In this document: in pieces, positions 26,027 to 39,210 of the stretch
Layout of the letters: the number at the start of each line of letters is the position of its first letter
How positions within the stretch are numbered: position 1 is the stretch's first letter
Made by a program: the position numbers and the translations under genes
The notes under the pieces: generated by a model
Told to the model about the DNA's origin: nothing
Database searches by the model: none
The model's input: only the letters and a program-made list of their open reading frames with translations
NCBI RefSeq assembly: GCF_001447785.1
Contig: NW_015174844.1
Coordinates: forward strand, 1,820,548 to 1,884,547
DNA: 64,000 nucleotides
Reading direction: 5' to 3'
Source of the DNA: Gekko japonicus
Lineage: Eukaryota

Positions 26027-26384
26027 CGAACTCATTTGTTATGAGGGCCAGATCTGACATAGATGAGATCTTGTTGGGCCAGGCCATGTGTGTCATAAAA
26101 TGTAATGCCAGGTAGCAGAAATATAAACTTTATAAAGGACTGTCATGATCCCCAGGGGGTCGCCACCTCCAGCTGCCACCACTCTGGACTTTGGGTCCCC
26201 TGAGAAGGCCCAGAGTACCCTCCCAAGCCCACCCAAATGCCCCTTTTTAAGCCAAGAACATAGGCGTGATGACCAGGCAGAGAACATTTAAATGGTTTAT
26301 TAACACAGTATTGGGGCAAGGAAAACAAGACAAGGTGCTTTTAAATATATAACAGTGTTTAAAGGCAAAATAAATGAATCTACC
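26027..26384 (+). repeat. Copy 2 of the ~359-bp direct duplication
   Basis: Matches 14947-15305 and begins immediately after the 5' end of L1 'A'. Confidence 0.92.
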
Positions 26385-26765
26385 GCGACTACCTATTTCA
26401 CTTAACTAGTTACTATTTCAAGGCCCACAGCCCTCTTATACCAGGCCTCCTGCCTGCACTCACTCTGAGCCAAGTGAGGGATCTTTCTCCTCAGACCAGA
26501 CTGTCCCCTCTGTGAGACAAGACTGCAGAAGAGCAAAAGAACACAGTCCCCTTCAGTTTAGCTCTGTGAGAGGAAAGAACACCATTTTCCACAGTCCACA
26601 AAGTATGTAACAATCACCTCAAAGAATTCCTGGACACTGATTGGCTACAACCGTTGCTAAGCCTTATGGGGATTGTAGGCTATGTCTGCTTTCCACTGCC
26701 ATGCAGGTCTCTCCTGGGACCAGGCCACTCTAGGTCTTGGTCACAGTCCTGCACAGATCACGACA
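26141..26765. mobile_element. Solo LTR (625 bp) inserted in the hAT element
   Basis: Inverted termini TGTCATGA...TCACGACA; perfect 5-bp TSD AGGAC (26136-26140 / 26766-26770). Confidence 0.88.
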
Positions 26766-27073
26766 AGGACACAAACACAAAGATTTTTTTTTTTACTTAA
26801 AAACATGCTTAAAACATTAGCACTCTTGCAATATTTTGTTTATTTAACAGTATGTGATAACTGACACTTCTTGCTCTGAATTATTGCATCAAAATGTCTA
26901 TGCCGCTGCAATCTTGAGTATGCTGTTCAAGTGTGTATCTGTAAGCTGCAAACCTACTTTTGGTTTATTGACATTCACCACAGAAATCTCATGCTCAGAG
27001 TTCTGAGTCTAGAACCCAGGTTAAAACATGAAATGGCTGAGTGATTAAGAGTCTGGTGAAGCAAGCTATGATG

Positions 27074-27094
27074 CAGCAGCAGCAGCAGCAGCAG
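27074..27094 (+). repeat. (CAG)7 microsatellite inside the hAT element
   Basis: Seven CAG units read directly. Confidence 0.9.
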
Positions 27095-28099
27095 AACTTG
27101 AAGCAGGAGATGGCCAGTTCCATTGCAGGCCTATATAGAAGCCCTCTGGGGGCCTTATCCGCCCCCCGGGCCGCATGTTTGACACCCCAGCCATATAGGG
27201 CTTTAAAGGTAAGAACCAGCACCTTGAACCAAATTTGGTATGCTATAGGCAGCCAGTGCAGTGCTTTTAGTGCAGGTTGGATGTGCTCCCGCATACGGAG
27301 GCCCAGCAACAGCCTGGCCACCGCATTCTGCACCAGCTTCAGCTTCCAGATTTGGGACATTACAGTAATCCAGTCTCGAGGTGACCATTGCATGGATCAC
27401 TGTTGCCAGGTCATTGCGTTTGAGGAAGGGAACCAACTGCCTAATCAGCTGAAGATAATAGAAGGCTGACTTCCCAGTGGCTGCTATCTGAGCCTCAATC
27501 ATTAAGGAGGCATCTAGGAGCACTCCCAAGCTCCTAACCTCCAACACTGGCACCAATGGCACCCCATTGAAGGTCGGGAATGGGATTCCCTACCCTCGGG
27601 CCACTCTGACTCACGCACAGAACCTCCATCTTTGTCGGATTCAATTTCAGTCAACTCAGTCTAAGCCAACTAGACATAGCTTTTAGCGCCAGGTCCAGAT
27701 CTTCTGGACTAGAGTTGTTGGCCACCCAACAACAGATAGAGCTGGGTGTTGACTGCATATTGTTGACAACCCAGCCCATGACTCTAGGTAATCTGGGCAA
27801 GGGGGCACATGTTAAATAACATTGGGGAAAGCACTGCACCTTGGGGCACTCCGCAAACTAGTGGGTGCCCTTGGGACAGGTGCTCTCCAATGGCTACCCT
27901 TTGTCCTTGACCCGGAAGGAACGAGAAGAGCCACTGTAAGGCAGACCACTAAATCCCAGTTTCGGCGAGGCAGTGGGTCAGTAGATGGTGGTAGTTTTGG
28001 GGGGTTTCAATGTCCATGCTTCCACTCCACTCAGTTGCCTCCACTCAGACAATGGACCTAGTGTCTTTCATGCCAGCACTGGGACTCTCTGAGATTGTA

Positions 28100-29880
28100 T
28101 TAGCTTCCACACACCAAGCACGGTGCTGACCCTGTATGGAGAAGTGTAACAAGCGAGGGCGACGGGTACCGTCTCATCGAAGTGGGCCAGGACGGTGTTG
28201 GAGGTGAGCAGCTCCCTGACGGCCCTGAATGCAGCGGCTTGTTTGGGGCTCCAGATCCACGCAGCATTTTTGTCGAGGGGCGGTGAAGCAGTTCTGCGAG
28301 TGCAGCTTTATGGGGCAAGAAAGAATGATATAAGTTCACTAGTCCCAAGAAGGCCTGGAGCTCCTGCTTGGAGGATGGCGTGGGAGCGTCGACAATGGCG
28401 CGCACCTTGTCTGGGGCCAGGTGGATGCCTTCGGCATCAACGGAGAACCCCAGGAACTCGACCCGCGGAACCCCCAGGAGGCACTTCTCCCACTTCACCT
28501 TGAGGCCGACCGATTGGAATCGCTGTAGGATGATGCGCAGTCTGCTGGCGAAGTCTTCATTCGTAGGGACAGAGTTTAGAACATCGTCAAAGAAGGGTTG
28601 GACCCTGGGAATTCCTTTAAGGAGAAAGTCTATGTGATTCTGGAAGATTCCTGCAGCTACATTGATCCAAAACTGTAGCCGCCATAAGCAGAACGCGCCC
28701 TTGTGTGTTACTATGGTCTGGGCCTAGGCAGTCGCATCATCCACAGGCAGCTGCTGGTAGGTCTAGGCCAAATCTAGCTTTCCGAATACCTTGACACCCA
28801 CCAGAGAGGCCAAGACGTGGCTGACTACTGGACCAGGTAGGAGTGGTCTTGCAGTGCTTTGTTGATGGTTCATTTGTAGTCTGCACAGATGCGGACATCC
28901 CCATTGGGCTTAATGGGCGTCACAATTGGGGTTTCCCAGAGTGCATGCAGAACTGGCTCCAAAACCCCTTGGCCCACCAACCAATCCAGTTCCTTGTCTA
29001 TTTTCAGCTTCAATGCCAACAGGACGTGCCTGGCCTTCATCCATATGGGCCGTACCTCTGGGCTGAGCTGGAGTGAGACAGCGGGGTCCAGTGTAGCGAC
29101 CAAGAGTCCAATCAGAGACAGCCAGGAACTAGTTAGACACCCACTGAAAGTATTTCTTGGCCATGTGGTTCACCTCAGTTACTCGGCACCCCAGGGGTGT
29201 GAACCAGGCCAGTCCTAAGAGACTCATGTGACTGCCTCCCACCACTAGCAAGTCCAAAAGTCCATCAAAATTCCGGTACAGCACCCGGAACTTGCCAACC
29301 CCCTTCACGGCCACTTCGTTCTTTTGGAAGTCTGGTAGGGTGAAACCAACCGACCTAAGGTGAGTGCCTCCCCTTGGGCAGAGCCTCCTAAAGGTATCTT
29401 CCAATATTATGGAAATGGAGGACCCTGTATCTAGCTCCATCTTGCAGGGGGCTCCCTCGACCAAGTCAGTCACTGTAAATTTATCTGGGGTGTCCTGGGG
29501 AAGGAGGTGGTGTGGAGTTCTGCTGTGTGTGTGGATGCTGGGGTTGCTGTTGGTCACCTCTGGTTTCCCTTGGAACAGCAGGCTCAGGCAATGTGGCCAA
29601 CCTTTCCACAGTTCTGACATGTGGCATCTTACAAACAGCAGGATCTCTTTTCATGGGGCTCCCCGCAGCTGGTGCATGGCGTTGATGTGGCAGTTTCGAC
29701 GGCGCATGCTGTCGCGGATGGGTGAGCGCCGAGGTGAATTGGACTCTGTAGTTGCAGGACCTCTTCCTCCTCCTCGGAGGTGTCCATGTGGTGGACCATA
29801 GTAGTTGGTCTCCTCGAAGATGGCGGACTTTGGAGGAGGCGGAGCTGTGCCATAGTGAAGCGGTTGATTCTCAGGGAACT
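28100..29880 (-). mobile_element. Internal fragment of a second Mag-like Gypsy element (gag end, PR, RT, start of RNase H), no LTRs seen
   Basis: MELDTGSSISII (protease), WETPIVTPIKPNGDVRICADYK, QPFFDDV, ELQAFLGLVN; homologous to 6813-11591. Confidence 0.9.
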
Positions 29881-31369
29881 CCCAAGCATCACCAACTCTC
29901 CGTACTTTTTAGGGGATTTTCCGGGGGCTCCCGAAATCCCACCGGTCCTCTCGGAGGGAGATCTGGTTGCAGTGGACTTGTCTCAGGCTCTGCATGACCA
30001 GCAGTAGCGCTTGCAAGCTCGGGATCATCCTGAAGCAAAAGCACAGAGTTTCGCAGTCATGGAGCCATGTCTGCATAAGCTGTGAGCACCCGCGCAAGAG
30101 AGTATCGAGCCTTACCATAACATCGATGAAGATAAGATCTACACCGTGAGTACTTGTAAATGCAACATCTAAGACTCTGATGACCTTCTGATCAAGCCCC
30201 TTTAAATTGCCCAACAAGTTAAGGAAATGAGGAGCGGAGGTTTCCCCACTGCTTTCCTCTTTTGTAAGCGGCTGCGACGAGACTGCGACGTAAAGATCTA
30301 CAAAACACTGTTAGGGGCATAAAGATTAACTATTGTTATCTCAACATTTCAACAACTTTCACAACTTCTCTACTGATTTGAATTAAAAATATAACTTCTC
30401 CTGTTTTACCATATGGGATTTAAAAAGTAGGCTGATCAATACCTTTTATAGAGAATGGTGACCCGCCCTCAGCCATGAGAGACTGAATAGCCATTCTCTG
30501 GCCTGCAAGCCCTGTTTTCGCCTGCCCACCCTGCCTGGTGGGGCTATTTTCCTTCCTCATTTGCTGCCACCACTCACTGGATTCACACTGTCTTCCTAGA
30601 GGGGCAGTGAGACCCCTCTGGCTGATTCCCCAACCCAGAAAAGTGGATATCTTGATCTTTGGGCACCCCCTGGAGAGTTGGCAACTCCTCTGATTTGTGC
30701 CCGTTTGGGTTCCCTGGCCTCCCTTTGCCTCTGGTATTGTGCTGAGCAGGGAGGACTAAGTGGTCAAGGCACTTCCAGGTCGTATAACTCAAAAAGGTTT
30801 ATTTGAACTATATACAAGTTAGGCACAAAAATTAACACAACCGGGCACAGAAAATAAATAGCAGTGAACCGCAATTCCTCTGTCCCTACACACACCCTCT
30901 CTACTTCTGTAGGTTGTGGCCTCAGGATGGGATTTGCTTTTTCCCTCATTGTGGAGAGAAACTCCAGTCCACCTCAGGACTGGTCACCAGTACTGCTACT
31001 CTCCTTGGCTCTCCACCACGATTTATAGTGGCCGGATTGCCCACGGAGTGTGGAGTAGCAGGAGTCCCACCTGTACACTCCCTTGAAGCTGCCAAAGCCA
31101 CTCCCTTGAAGTGAACCAAAGGCCAAGAGTAGGCTGAGACTAAAAGCCTCCCTGGAGGGCCAAAGCCTTTATCTACCAGGCTCTGCCCCCGGGATGGGTC
31201 CATACTTTCCCGCACTTTCCCCCTAAAGCTTCTGGGAAATGTAGGCAGGGAGGTATGGCAGCTCCATTGTTCCCAATGGAGTACCTCCCCCCTCCAGAGG
31301 ACTACCAGACTGGCAGCCATTTTAAAGTAACCTGCTGCCTCTGCCTGGCAGCCATTTCGTCACACGTGT

Positions 31370-32256
31370 AATGAAAAAAAGACCACAGAAAAAGAAGAAA
31401 AGGATCAAGTACTATAACTAAAATGATAAAGGGAATCCTAGCTTGTGTTTAACTGACTAAAATGAGTTATAGCTGAAACTGAATCAATAATATAACAGTA
31501 AAGATTATGATTGTTAACATAAATATAAAACAAATATTAGATGCCAAAATATGAGTTAAAATAGAAATATGATATAATCTGAATATGAGGATTATTAATT
31601 GATATACATATAGCTGTAACTCATTAAGAAAGAGTATAATGGATTTGGATATTGATAAACTTTAACATGAAGTGACAATACCTTCTTTTTTATTCTTATT
31701 TAAGTTTTATTGTATTTTATACGAAAATAGGAATATGATATAACTGGAATATGAATTTTGATATGTACACCAAAATAATGTAATAGTTTAAGTTACATGA
31801 AAAAGAATTTATAAGAAGGCATAGATGACTCTAATATAGTAATAAGCATGTCATAATTGAAGTTAAATTGGAAAATGATAATCTCTTCTGTTCCTGTTTC
31901 TTTACATACTTCTAAAGGATGATAAGCATGAAGGTTAGCCTGTTATTCTTTGATTATATATAGTAGAAACAATAGTAGTCTGTTTAGATATATTAATAGA
32001 TGGAAACTTTTAATGAGGATGAACAATAACCAACAGTTTGAATTTTTGAAAATATATACTAGAAATATTAGTAGTTTATTTAGACATAGGCTATCAAGAT
32101 AAAGTGTTGCTAAGATGATAGTCTTTGTTATGGTAAAAGTTTAGTTAACATTGTTATGTTGTTTATGAGAAATTTGAGTAGATACTATGACAATATAATA
32201 CTCTCGCTTTTTTATTCTTTCTTTCTGAAAATTAATAAAATATTTATTTTAAAAAA
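31370..32256 (+). mobile_element. AT-rich segment resembling a LINE (L1) 3' UTR ending in a polyadenylation signal and A-rich tail
   Basis: Very AT-rich; ends AATAAAATATTTATTTTAAAAAAGAAGAAG. No ORF evidence. Confidence 0.4.
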
Positions 32257-32559
32257 GAAGAAGATGGTGGGCTTTGCCCCTGTCGGACCTGCGCTGTGAA
32301 CTGGTCGGCTGCTTCTGCGGCAAGGGCTAGTTCCATGACTTCCTTGAATTTGGGGTCTTGCTTGGCAATGAGCTTTCATTGGATCCACTCATCTCACAGT
32401 CCACATACCAGCTAGTCACGGAGCACTTCCTTGAGGTCATGGAAGTTACAATGTCAGGCGACCTGTCAGAGGGCCGTGACATAAGCCGTGATTGATTCAC
32501 ACATGGCCTGGTTCCTAGTGTGGAACTTATGGCGGGCGGCAATGATGGAGGCTCAATAC

Positions 32560-32750
32560 ACAACAGACACCCACTGGCGTGTGGTGTCCTTCAAGGTGCT
32601 GTTCTCTCCCCAATGTTATTCAACATCTATATGCACCCCCTCACCCAGCTGGTGCGGAACTTTGGGCTCGGTTGTCACCAGTTCATTGAAGACATCTAGC
32701 TATATCTGTTCATGACTGGCCACCTGGGTGCCACCCCAGGAAATCTAGTT
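32560..32750 (+). mobile_element. L2-clade LINE RT fragment
   Basis: Translates to CGVLQGAVLSPMLFNIYMHPLTQLVRNFGLGCHQFIEDI*LYL, a decayed GVPQG...YADD region. Confidence 0.75.
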
Positions 32751-33333
32751 ATGAAAATCTAATAACCCAAGCGAAATATTATATGATTTTTAACAATAAA
32801 TATTTAAACACCAGGTTTAAGGTGTTTTATCAAAAGTATTTAGTATTTTTTATATTATTAAACATTCATGAGTACTGTAATAACCAATTATCTGTTATTT
32901 CATACATACACAATGAAAGAATATATAATTACATAAACCAATCACAAGACAAAAAGCCCACAGATTTCAAAACCGGGGTGTATATTTACAAAGTCACCCA
33001 AGTGAAAAAGACAAGGCCCTTTAAATAATGATGTCAATAAAGATGTAGACCTTGAACTGGACCAATATTTTCAAAAGCCGTGGAACATCCATTATGTACT
33101 GAAATGAACTTGGCAAAGCTTAGAACTCCACAATATGTCCGTATGGGTGTGGCAATCCTTAAACTCTTTGAACTGAACTACTAACACAGATCTCAGGTAG
33201 TCTCAGGCATTTTGTTCCTTCATCAGAGAGTATAGTTCATATCGTCTTCCTTTGGTAATTCTCTATTGGAGCTGATGGAATTAAAAAGATTTAATTTAAA
33301 AGCAAAAATGCCCCTTTGTGTATTCTTAGAGGG

Positions 33334-36300
33334 TGTACATGCGCTTGGGGTTGCACGTGGTCAAGAGCACAAGCGCAGCTTCAGGTTCCAACATAATAGC
33401 GGGTGAGGATCCTAGGACAGACCTATCAGCCACTTCGGATCCAGTGCCCAACCTATGGAGATTAGTCACCTTGTAAATAGTCTATCACAGGTGGTGATGT
33501 GTGTGTGGGGGGGTGCGGTGTGTTTCGGAGATATAAGCAGGGCTTCGGCCTGGGATGTTTGTCTAGTGTTTGCCAATAAACTATGAGCTGATCACTTATA
33601 TGCGTCTGAACCCAATATATTATACTGGTGACAAGGATAGGATCCCGATGAGCGAGCCTGACCCAGCAACCGACCCGATGCCGCAACATGAGTCCTCAGA
33701 CTCTGCGACCAGCACTGCACCATGTACCAAGCCCTGGCTCCCTGCACCTCACACCGCTACTCCTTGGGTCATGTCTGCTGCTCCAGGGCAGATCGCTGCT
33801 TTCAACCCAGCTCATCCCGAGCTCTGGGAAGCATGGGTCCACTTCCAGGACATCGTGGAGGCGGAAAAGAAGAAATCACTCCTGCTCAGCACATGCGGCA
33901 TCTCCACGCTTCGCCTGGTACACGGCCTCATTGCACCCAAATCACTGGAGGAATCTACATACGAGCAGCTCATCAAGGCCCTAACAGATCATTTCGCACC
34001 ACGACCCACCAAAATGGTGATGCGCATTGACTTCATGGCCCAACAGACCAGCGAAGCACACACTGACGTCATGACCCTACTGCGACAGCCAGCTATCCAT
34101 TGCGGGTTTTCTGACCTTGAGGACGCACTCTTAAACCAATTTGTATGGGGCATCTGAGAGCAAAAACTCTGCTGAAAACTCATCAGCCAGGACGAACTCA
34201 CATTAGACAAAGCCCTCCACATGGCCACAGCATTCGCCAAATCCCAGCAGGATCGCCCGGCCCACAGCGCACATCAGGTCTCCTCGTCCCCGGCCTCTGA
34301 GGGTTTGGATGATGAAGAAGTGTTCCAGATTAGCGAAAGCCCCAGCTGCTGGCCGCTACTCCCATTTCAACAAGGTCAAGCGCCCAAGTGTCCACGAGGA
34401 ACAATGCCTGTGTGCCCTGCACCAGCTGCAGGGAGGACTGTGACCATTTCTCCTGCTGTTTTCGGGACACAATCTGCTGGACCTGCAACAAAATGCCATC
34501 CGACCATGCACCAAGAATCCACAATGGCTGTCCGCCACCACCAGGTACTGAACTTGCCCCGTGACACCCCAGATAAGATTAAAGTAACTGTTTTGATAGA
34601 GGCCCCCCCCGCGAAATGGAACTGGACACAGGCTCTTCCATATCCATAATTTCTGCAGAGACACTAAGGGGGCTCTGTCCATGGGGGGGGACCTGGTTGA
34701 ACCCTGTAGACTTTACCCTAAGGGACTTCCAGAAGAACCTGGTGGCTGTTAAGGGGTCAGGCAAGTTCAGGGTGCAATACCGAGACTTTAATGGACTGTT
34801 AGATCTGGTTGTGCTTGAAGGTTGGCTCACTAGTTTGCTGGGATTGTGCTGGTTTGCAGCTCTGGGATTCAAGGTGACGGGCGTGCACTACGTACAGCCG
34901 GCAGACTTTAATAGTGTCTGCGAGGAATTTCCAGCTGTATTCGACGGCATGCTAGGGCGCTACACGCCCCCCCCCCGATCTCCCTCGACCTCGATCCACC
35001 CCATCCGCATGAAGGCCAGGCAGATTCCGTTTGCTTTGTGGCCCAAAATAGACATGGAATTGGACCACCTCATAGCCCAGGGGGTTCTGGAACCAGTTCC
35101 ACACGCCCCCTGGGAAACCCTGATTGTTACCCCGGTGAAGCCCAATGGGGACGTCTGGATATGTGCAGATTATAAGCGCACACTCAATAAGGCCCTACAG
35201 GACCACGCTTTTCCCGTTCCCATAGTGAGCCAGGTATATCAGCAGCTCCCAGGGGATGATGCCACCGCAGATGCCCAAATGATTGTGACACACAGAGGTG
35301 CGTTCTGGGTGTGCCGGCTGCAGTTTGGGGTCAGTGTGGACCCAGGGATTTTTCAGAACTTGATGGACTGTCTCCTTAAAGGCATTCCAGGGTTCCAGCC
35401 CTTCTTTGAAGATGTTTTGATCGCAGCACCGTCATCGGAGGTCTTCACTGAGAGGCTGCGCAAGGTCCTGCAATGCTTCAGCGCTGCCAGCCTAAAGGTG
35501 AAATGGGAAAACTGTCTTCTTAGGGTGCCACAAGTGGAGTTCCTGGGGTTTGTGGTCAACGCCCAGGGCATCCATCCCACATCCGACAAGGTTTACGCCA
35601 TTGTGAATGCACCTACCCTATCGTCCAAAGCAGAACTTCAGGCTTTCTTGGGCCTGCTCAACTTTTACCACTCCACTCCTTTCTGCCCCACAAAGCGGTG
35701 GTCGCCGAGCCCCTGTACCATCTCCTAGACAAAAGAGCACCTTGGGGTTGTGTTCCAAAACACGCCTCTTCGTTCCAGGCTGTCAGGGACCTGCTTGTAT
35801 CAAATGTGGTACTGGCACACTTTGATGAGTCTCTTCCAGTTGCCCTTGCTTGTGATGCTTTCTCGTACGGGGTCGGGGCGGTCCTGGGCCACCAGCTGCC
35901 AGATGGCCGCAAGGTTCCTGTTGCCTATTACTCCCGGACTCTCTCTTCGGCCGAGCAAAACTACACTCAAATTGACAAGGCGGCCTTGGCAATCGTGGCT
36001 GTGTGTAAAAAAGTTCCACGATTACCTCTACGGCCGGCCCTTCACCATCGTCATGGACCATAAACCCCTCTTGGGCCTGCTCACTCTGGACCGCCAGACT
36101 CCTCAGATGTTGTCCAAGAGGTTGCTACACTGGTCCATCTTCCTGGACGGGTACCAGTATGTGCTCCTCCACCACCCCGGGAAAGCAATGGGCCATGCTG
36201 ATGCTCTTAGCCGCCTTCCTGTGACCCGGACCCGGCTCCCGCCCATCAGATCCTGTTGCTCAAGGACCTGCCCAACTGCCCCGTCCAGGTCTCCGACGTG

Positions 36301-37298
36301 GCCCGCCACATGGCTCGGGATCACCTACTTTCCTGCATTTTTAAATGGGTGGAGAGGGGGTGGGCCACCAGCCGGGTGGGCCTGGAATTTGCTGTGTTCT
36401 CCTCCGGCCAAGACGAACTGTCTGCCCATAAGGATTATTTATTGTGGGGAAGCCGGGTGATTGTTCCCACCCCACTGCGGCGGCAGGTACTAGCAGCCCT
36501 ACATGAGACACACCCCAGCATCGTCAGGATGAAGGTGCTTGCACAAAGTTACGTATGGTGGCCCAGCATGGATGGTGAGATTGAGGACTGCATTAACCAC
36601 TGTCAGACATGTCAGGAATCACGACCAGAGCCGCCTCAGGCCCCGGTCAGACCTTGGGGGTCCTCACACAAACCGTGGGCCTGGTTATACTTAGATTTTG
36701 TGGGTCCATTCCAGGGACAGTTCTTCTTTATCCTCATGGACTCATTCACCAAATGGCTCGAGGTTGTGCCTGTCCCCTCCACTTCGTCCTGCATTGTGAT
36801 CTGCGCCCTATGGCAGATTTTCAGTACACATGGTCTGCCGGACACCTTAGTTACAGACAACGGGACTGCCTTTACATCTGCAAAGTTCCAGGAATTCACT
36901 AGCTACTATGCTACTATGCTATCAGACACGTCCATTCCATTCCACCCCGCAATGAATGGCCAGGCTGAACGCATGGTGAGGACAACCAAGGAGTCACTGC
37001 GCAGGCTAGCCCTGGGGGATAGGGAATACCGACTGGCTGCTTTCCTCTTTGGTCAGAGGATGACCCCGCACTCTAGCACCGGCCGTTGGCCCACTGAAAC
37101 TACTCATGGGTCAATGACTCACCACCCGCCTTGACCGATTGCACCCTGACCGTGCCTCAGAGCACAGCACAGCCACAGAGGAAGCTCCCCGTAGCTTCTA
37201 CCCGGGCGACCCCATTTACGCTTGGAACTTCACATGGGGCCCAGCATGGGGCCCAGCCAGGGTGACCGGTCCCTTGTCTTACGAAGTGTCGACGGAAG
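33334..37298 (+). mobile_element. Third Mag-like Gypsy element: 5' LTR (~33334-33624), PBS (33626-33643), gag-pol, 3'-truncated
   Basis: LTR starts TGTAC, contains TATAA and AATAAA, and ends TA. PBS TGGTGACAAGGATAGGAT is a decayed tRNA-Ser type. ORFs give gag, MELDTGSS, ICADYK, FFED, LACDA, DHKPL, HETHPSIVRMK, DNGTAF. No 3' LTR. Confidence 0.92.
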
Positions 37299-38572
37299 AA
37301 ATCGAAGAAACAAATGAATAAATACCTGGAAGTTTCTGATCTTAGCATTTTATACTGGGTAGGGTAAATGTAGCTGTTGCTGTTTATACAAAGTAATGAT
37401 TTCAAGTCTGTGCTGTGCTACTGATAAGGAGCTAAAATTAATGCCAGCTTATAGCTAAATGATTGGTAAAATTACTCGTGTCCATTCAATATGATAAATT
37501 TACACTGTAAAATATACATCTATTGCTCATTTGTTCAGCACTATCCATATGTTTCTGCTTGAACTTTCAACTGTAAAATATTATATTTTATCAGCATCCC
37601 TTAAATTACACTAAATAGTTGCTGGAAAATATGTGATTCTTCCTTTGGGAGGGTACAGTTAGTTCTATGACTGCTAAACAAAATGTGGTTATGTAACTGT
37701 CACAGCTCCATATTTATTGTTGTATTCTATGGCTAGTGACAAGTGACATAACTCTGTTTTAAAAAATGGTTTGAAGACAGTAAATCCCTGCAAAAATGGG
37801 TTTTAAAAAGTATTAAAGCAATGGCTGGAGAAGCCCAGTCCTGCAAATTCAGTGGAAGTGAAACTGACCAGGACCAATGTAGGGGATTCTGTAGACTTTG
37901 GCTTGCTTTAGCGGAAAATCTTACGATAAAATCTGGATAAACCCCCGGTCAGCCCTTGTTCAGGCTGGGTGCTCATGGGCACTTCTCTTTTGAAGACCTA
38001 CAGTTACAACACAAGAACAGTCCTGCCGGATTAGGATGCTGATCCATCTGTTGCAGCATCCAATTTAACACCGTGGTCAACAGTTGCCCTTGGAAGGCAT
38101 ACAAACAAGGGAGTTGGAGGAGTGTCCCAAAAATATGATTGAATAACACATTTGATTATGCAGAAGACCCATTTGAATATTATAGGAAAGTGTAGGTATA
38201 AAATTTTTATTGCTCAACATACGACCTTGAGTGCTAGGATAGGGATTGCAAAACATATATTTTAATATGAACAAGTGCAGTTCTCATCTGTTGGATATTT
38301 TTATTTCGTATATGTACATGTGTGAAGGGTACAAAATACATGCTGTGGGGTAGCTAGGTACTGTTTCACTGAAATTCGTGAGATTATTTTAGAATAGCAA
38401 TGAGCTACAGCTCAAAGTATTAAGGCAATGGCTGGAGAAATCCAGTCCTTCCACAAATCTGCTTCTGCAACAAAATAAAAGACACTTTATATTTATTTAA
38501 TTTGAAACATTTCTATCCCACCTTATCTCCTTAGACTCAAGGCAACTTCTTTATCTTGCACTTTGCTGGAAA

Positions 38573-38610
38573 ATTACCATAATAAGACAGCATTACCATA
38601 ATAAGACAGC
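38573..38610 (+). repeat. Perfect 19-bp tandem duplication (ATTACCATAATAAGACAGC x2)
   Basis: Read directly. Confidence 0.9.
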
Positions 38611-38997
38611 ATATTTATATTGGATATGAGGCTACAGATGGTTTTGTTGTTGATTTTGTTGTTTTGTGTGTGTTTTAAATTTTAAAAAATAAAAATTTAA
38701 AAAGGAACATGAGGTATGCTTTTTTAGTGTCTTTCTTGTGGCTAGTGTTTTTATGCAGCTGAGCATGAGACTATGTGGATGTGGAGTAAAATTTCCATAC
38801 AATCTGAAAACTCTGGATATGGGGAACGCTGTAGTACAGACTTCCAGCTGCAGGTAATTTTGTTACCATTTGTACATGTTTTTGGTTTTCAATGACAGCA
38901 ACATTATGATGCATCTCTTATTACTATGCTGTTTTAATGAGGATAATACATTTAAATGGTTCATTTTATTGTATGCTGCGGCTAAGACTGGCATGTG

Positions 38998-39210
38998 AGA
39001 GCCAGTGTAGGACTAGTATCTGAGAGACCAGGGCTCGGACCCCCACTCATGCCATGAAAATTTCTGGGCAGCCTTGGCCCTGTCACGCTCTCTCTGCCTA
39101 ACCTACCTGCCAGGGTGGTTGTGAAGACAAAATGGAAGAGAGGAGAATGATGTAAGCTACTTTGGCTCCCCATTGGGGAGAAAGGAAGGATATAAGAGAA
39201 ATAAATAAAT
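38998..39210 (+). mobile_element. tRNA-derived squamate SINE (Squam3-like); related antisense copies at ~42520-42630 and ~51120-51300
   Basis: Decayed B-box-like GGCTCGGACCC, core CCTAACCTACCT..CAGGGTGGTTGTGA..ACAAAA, and an (AAAT)n tail. Confidence 0.65.

Larger units (their letters stand above)
14938..27190 (+). mobile_element. hAT non-autonomous DNA transposon, expanded to 12 kb by nested insertions
   Basis: TIRs CAGGGGTGTCGAAC (14938) and GTTTGACACCCCAG (ends 27190); perfect 8-bp TSD CCATATAG (14930-14937 / 27191-27198). Confidence 0.9.
14760..28020 (-). mobile_element. L2-clade LINE 3' portion, split by the nested insertion (pieces ~14760-14937 and 27191-~28020)
   Basis: ORFs 27203..27562 and 26995..27393 give RSLGVLLD..VTSRLDYCN..LVQNAVARLL..LHWLPI..FKVLVLTFKAL (L2 RT C-terminus). 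The sequence continues across the TSD CCATATAG into 14760-14937. Confidence 0.8.

Noticed and set aside
27041-27469. PolyQ-containing 142-aa ORF
   Set aside because: A (CAG)7 microsatellite in a hAT element joined to antisense L2 sequence; no gene structure.
33328-33333. Purine run AGAGGG before the 5' LTR of the third Gypsy, suggesting a tandem element sharing an LTR
   Set aside because: Too short, and no integrase sequence lies upstream.
34616-37134. Long Gypsy pol ORFs as a possible domesticated gene
   Set aside because: Frameshifts, a deletion in RT, catalytic DD changed to ED and stops in gag indicate neutral decay.
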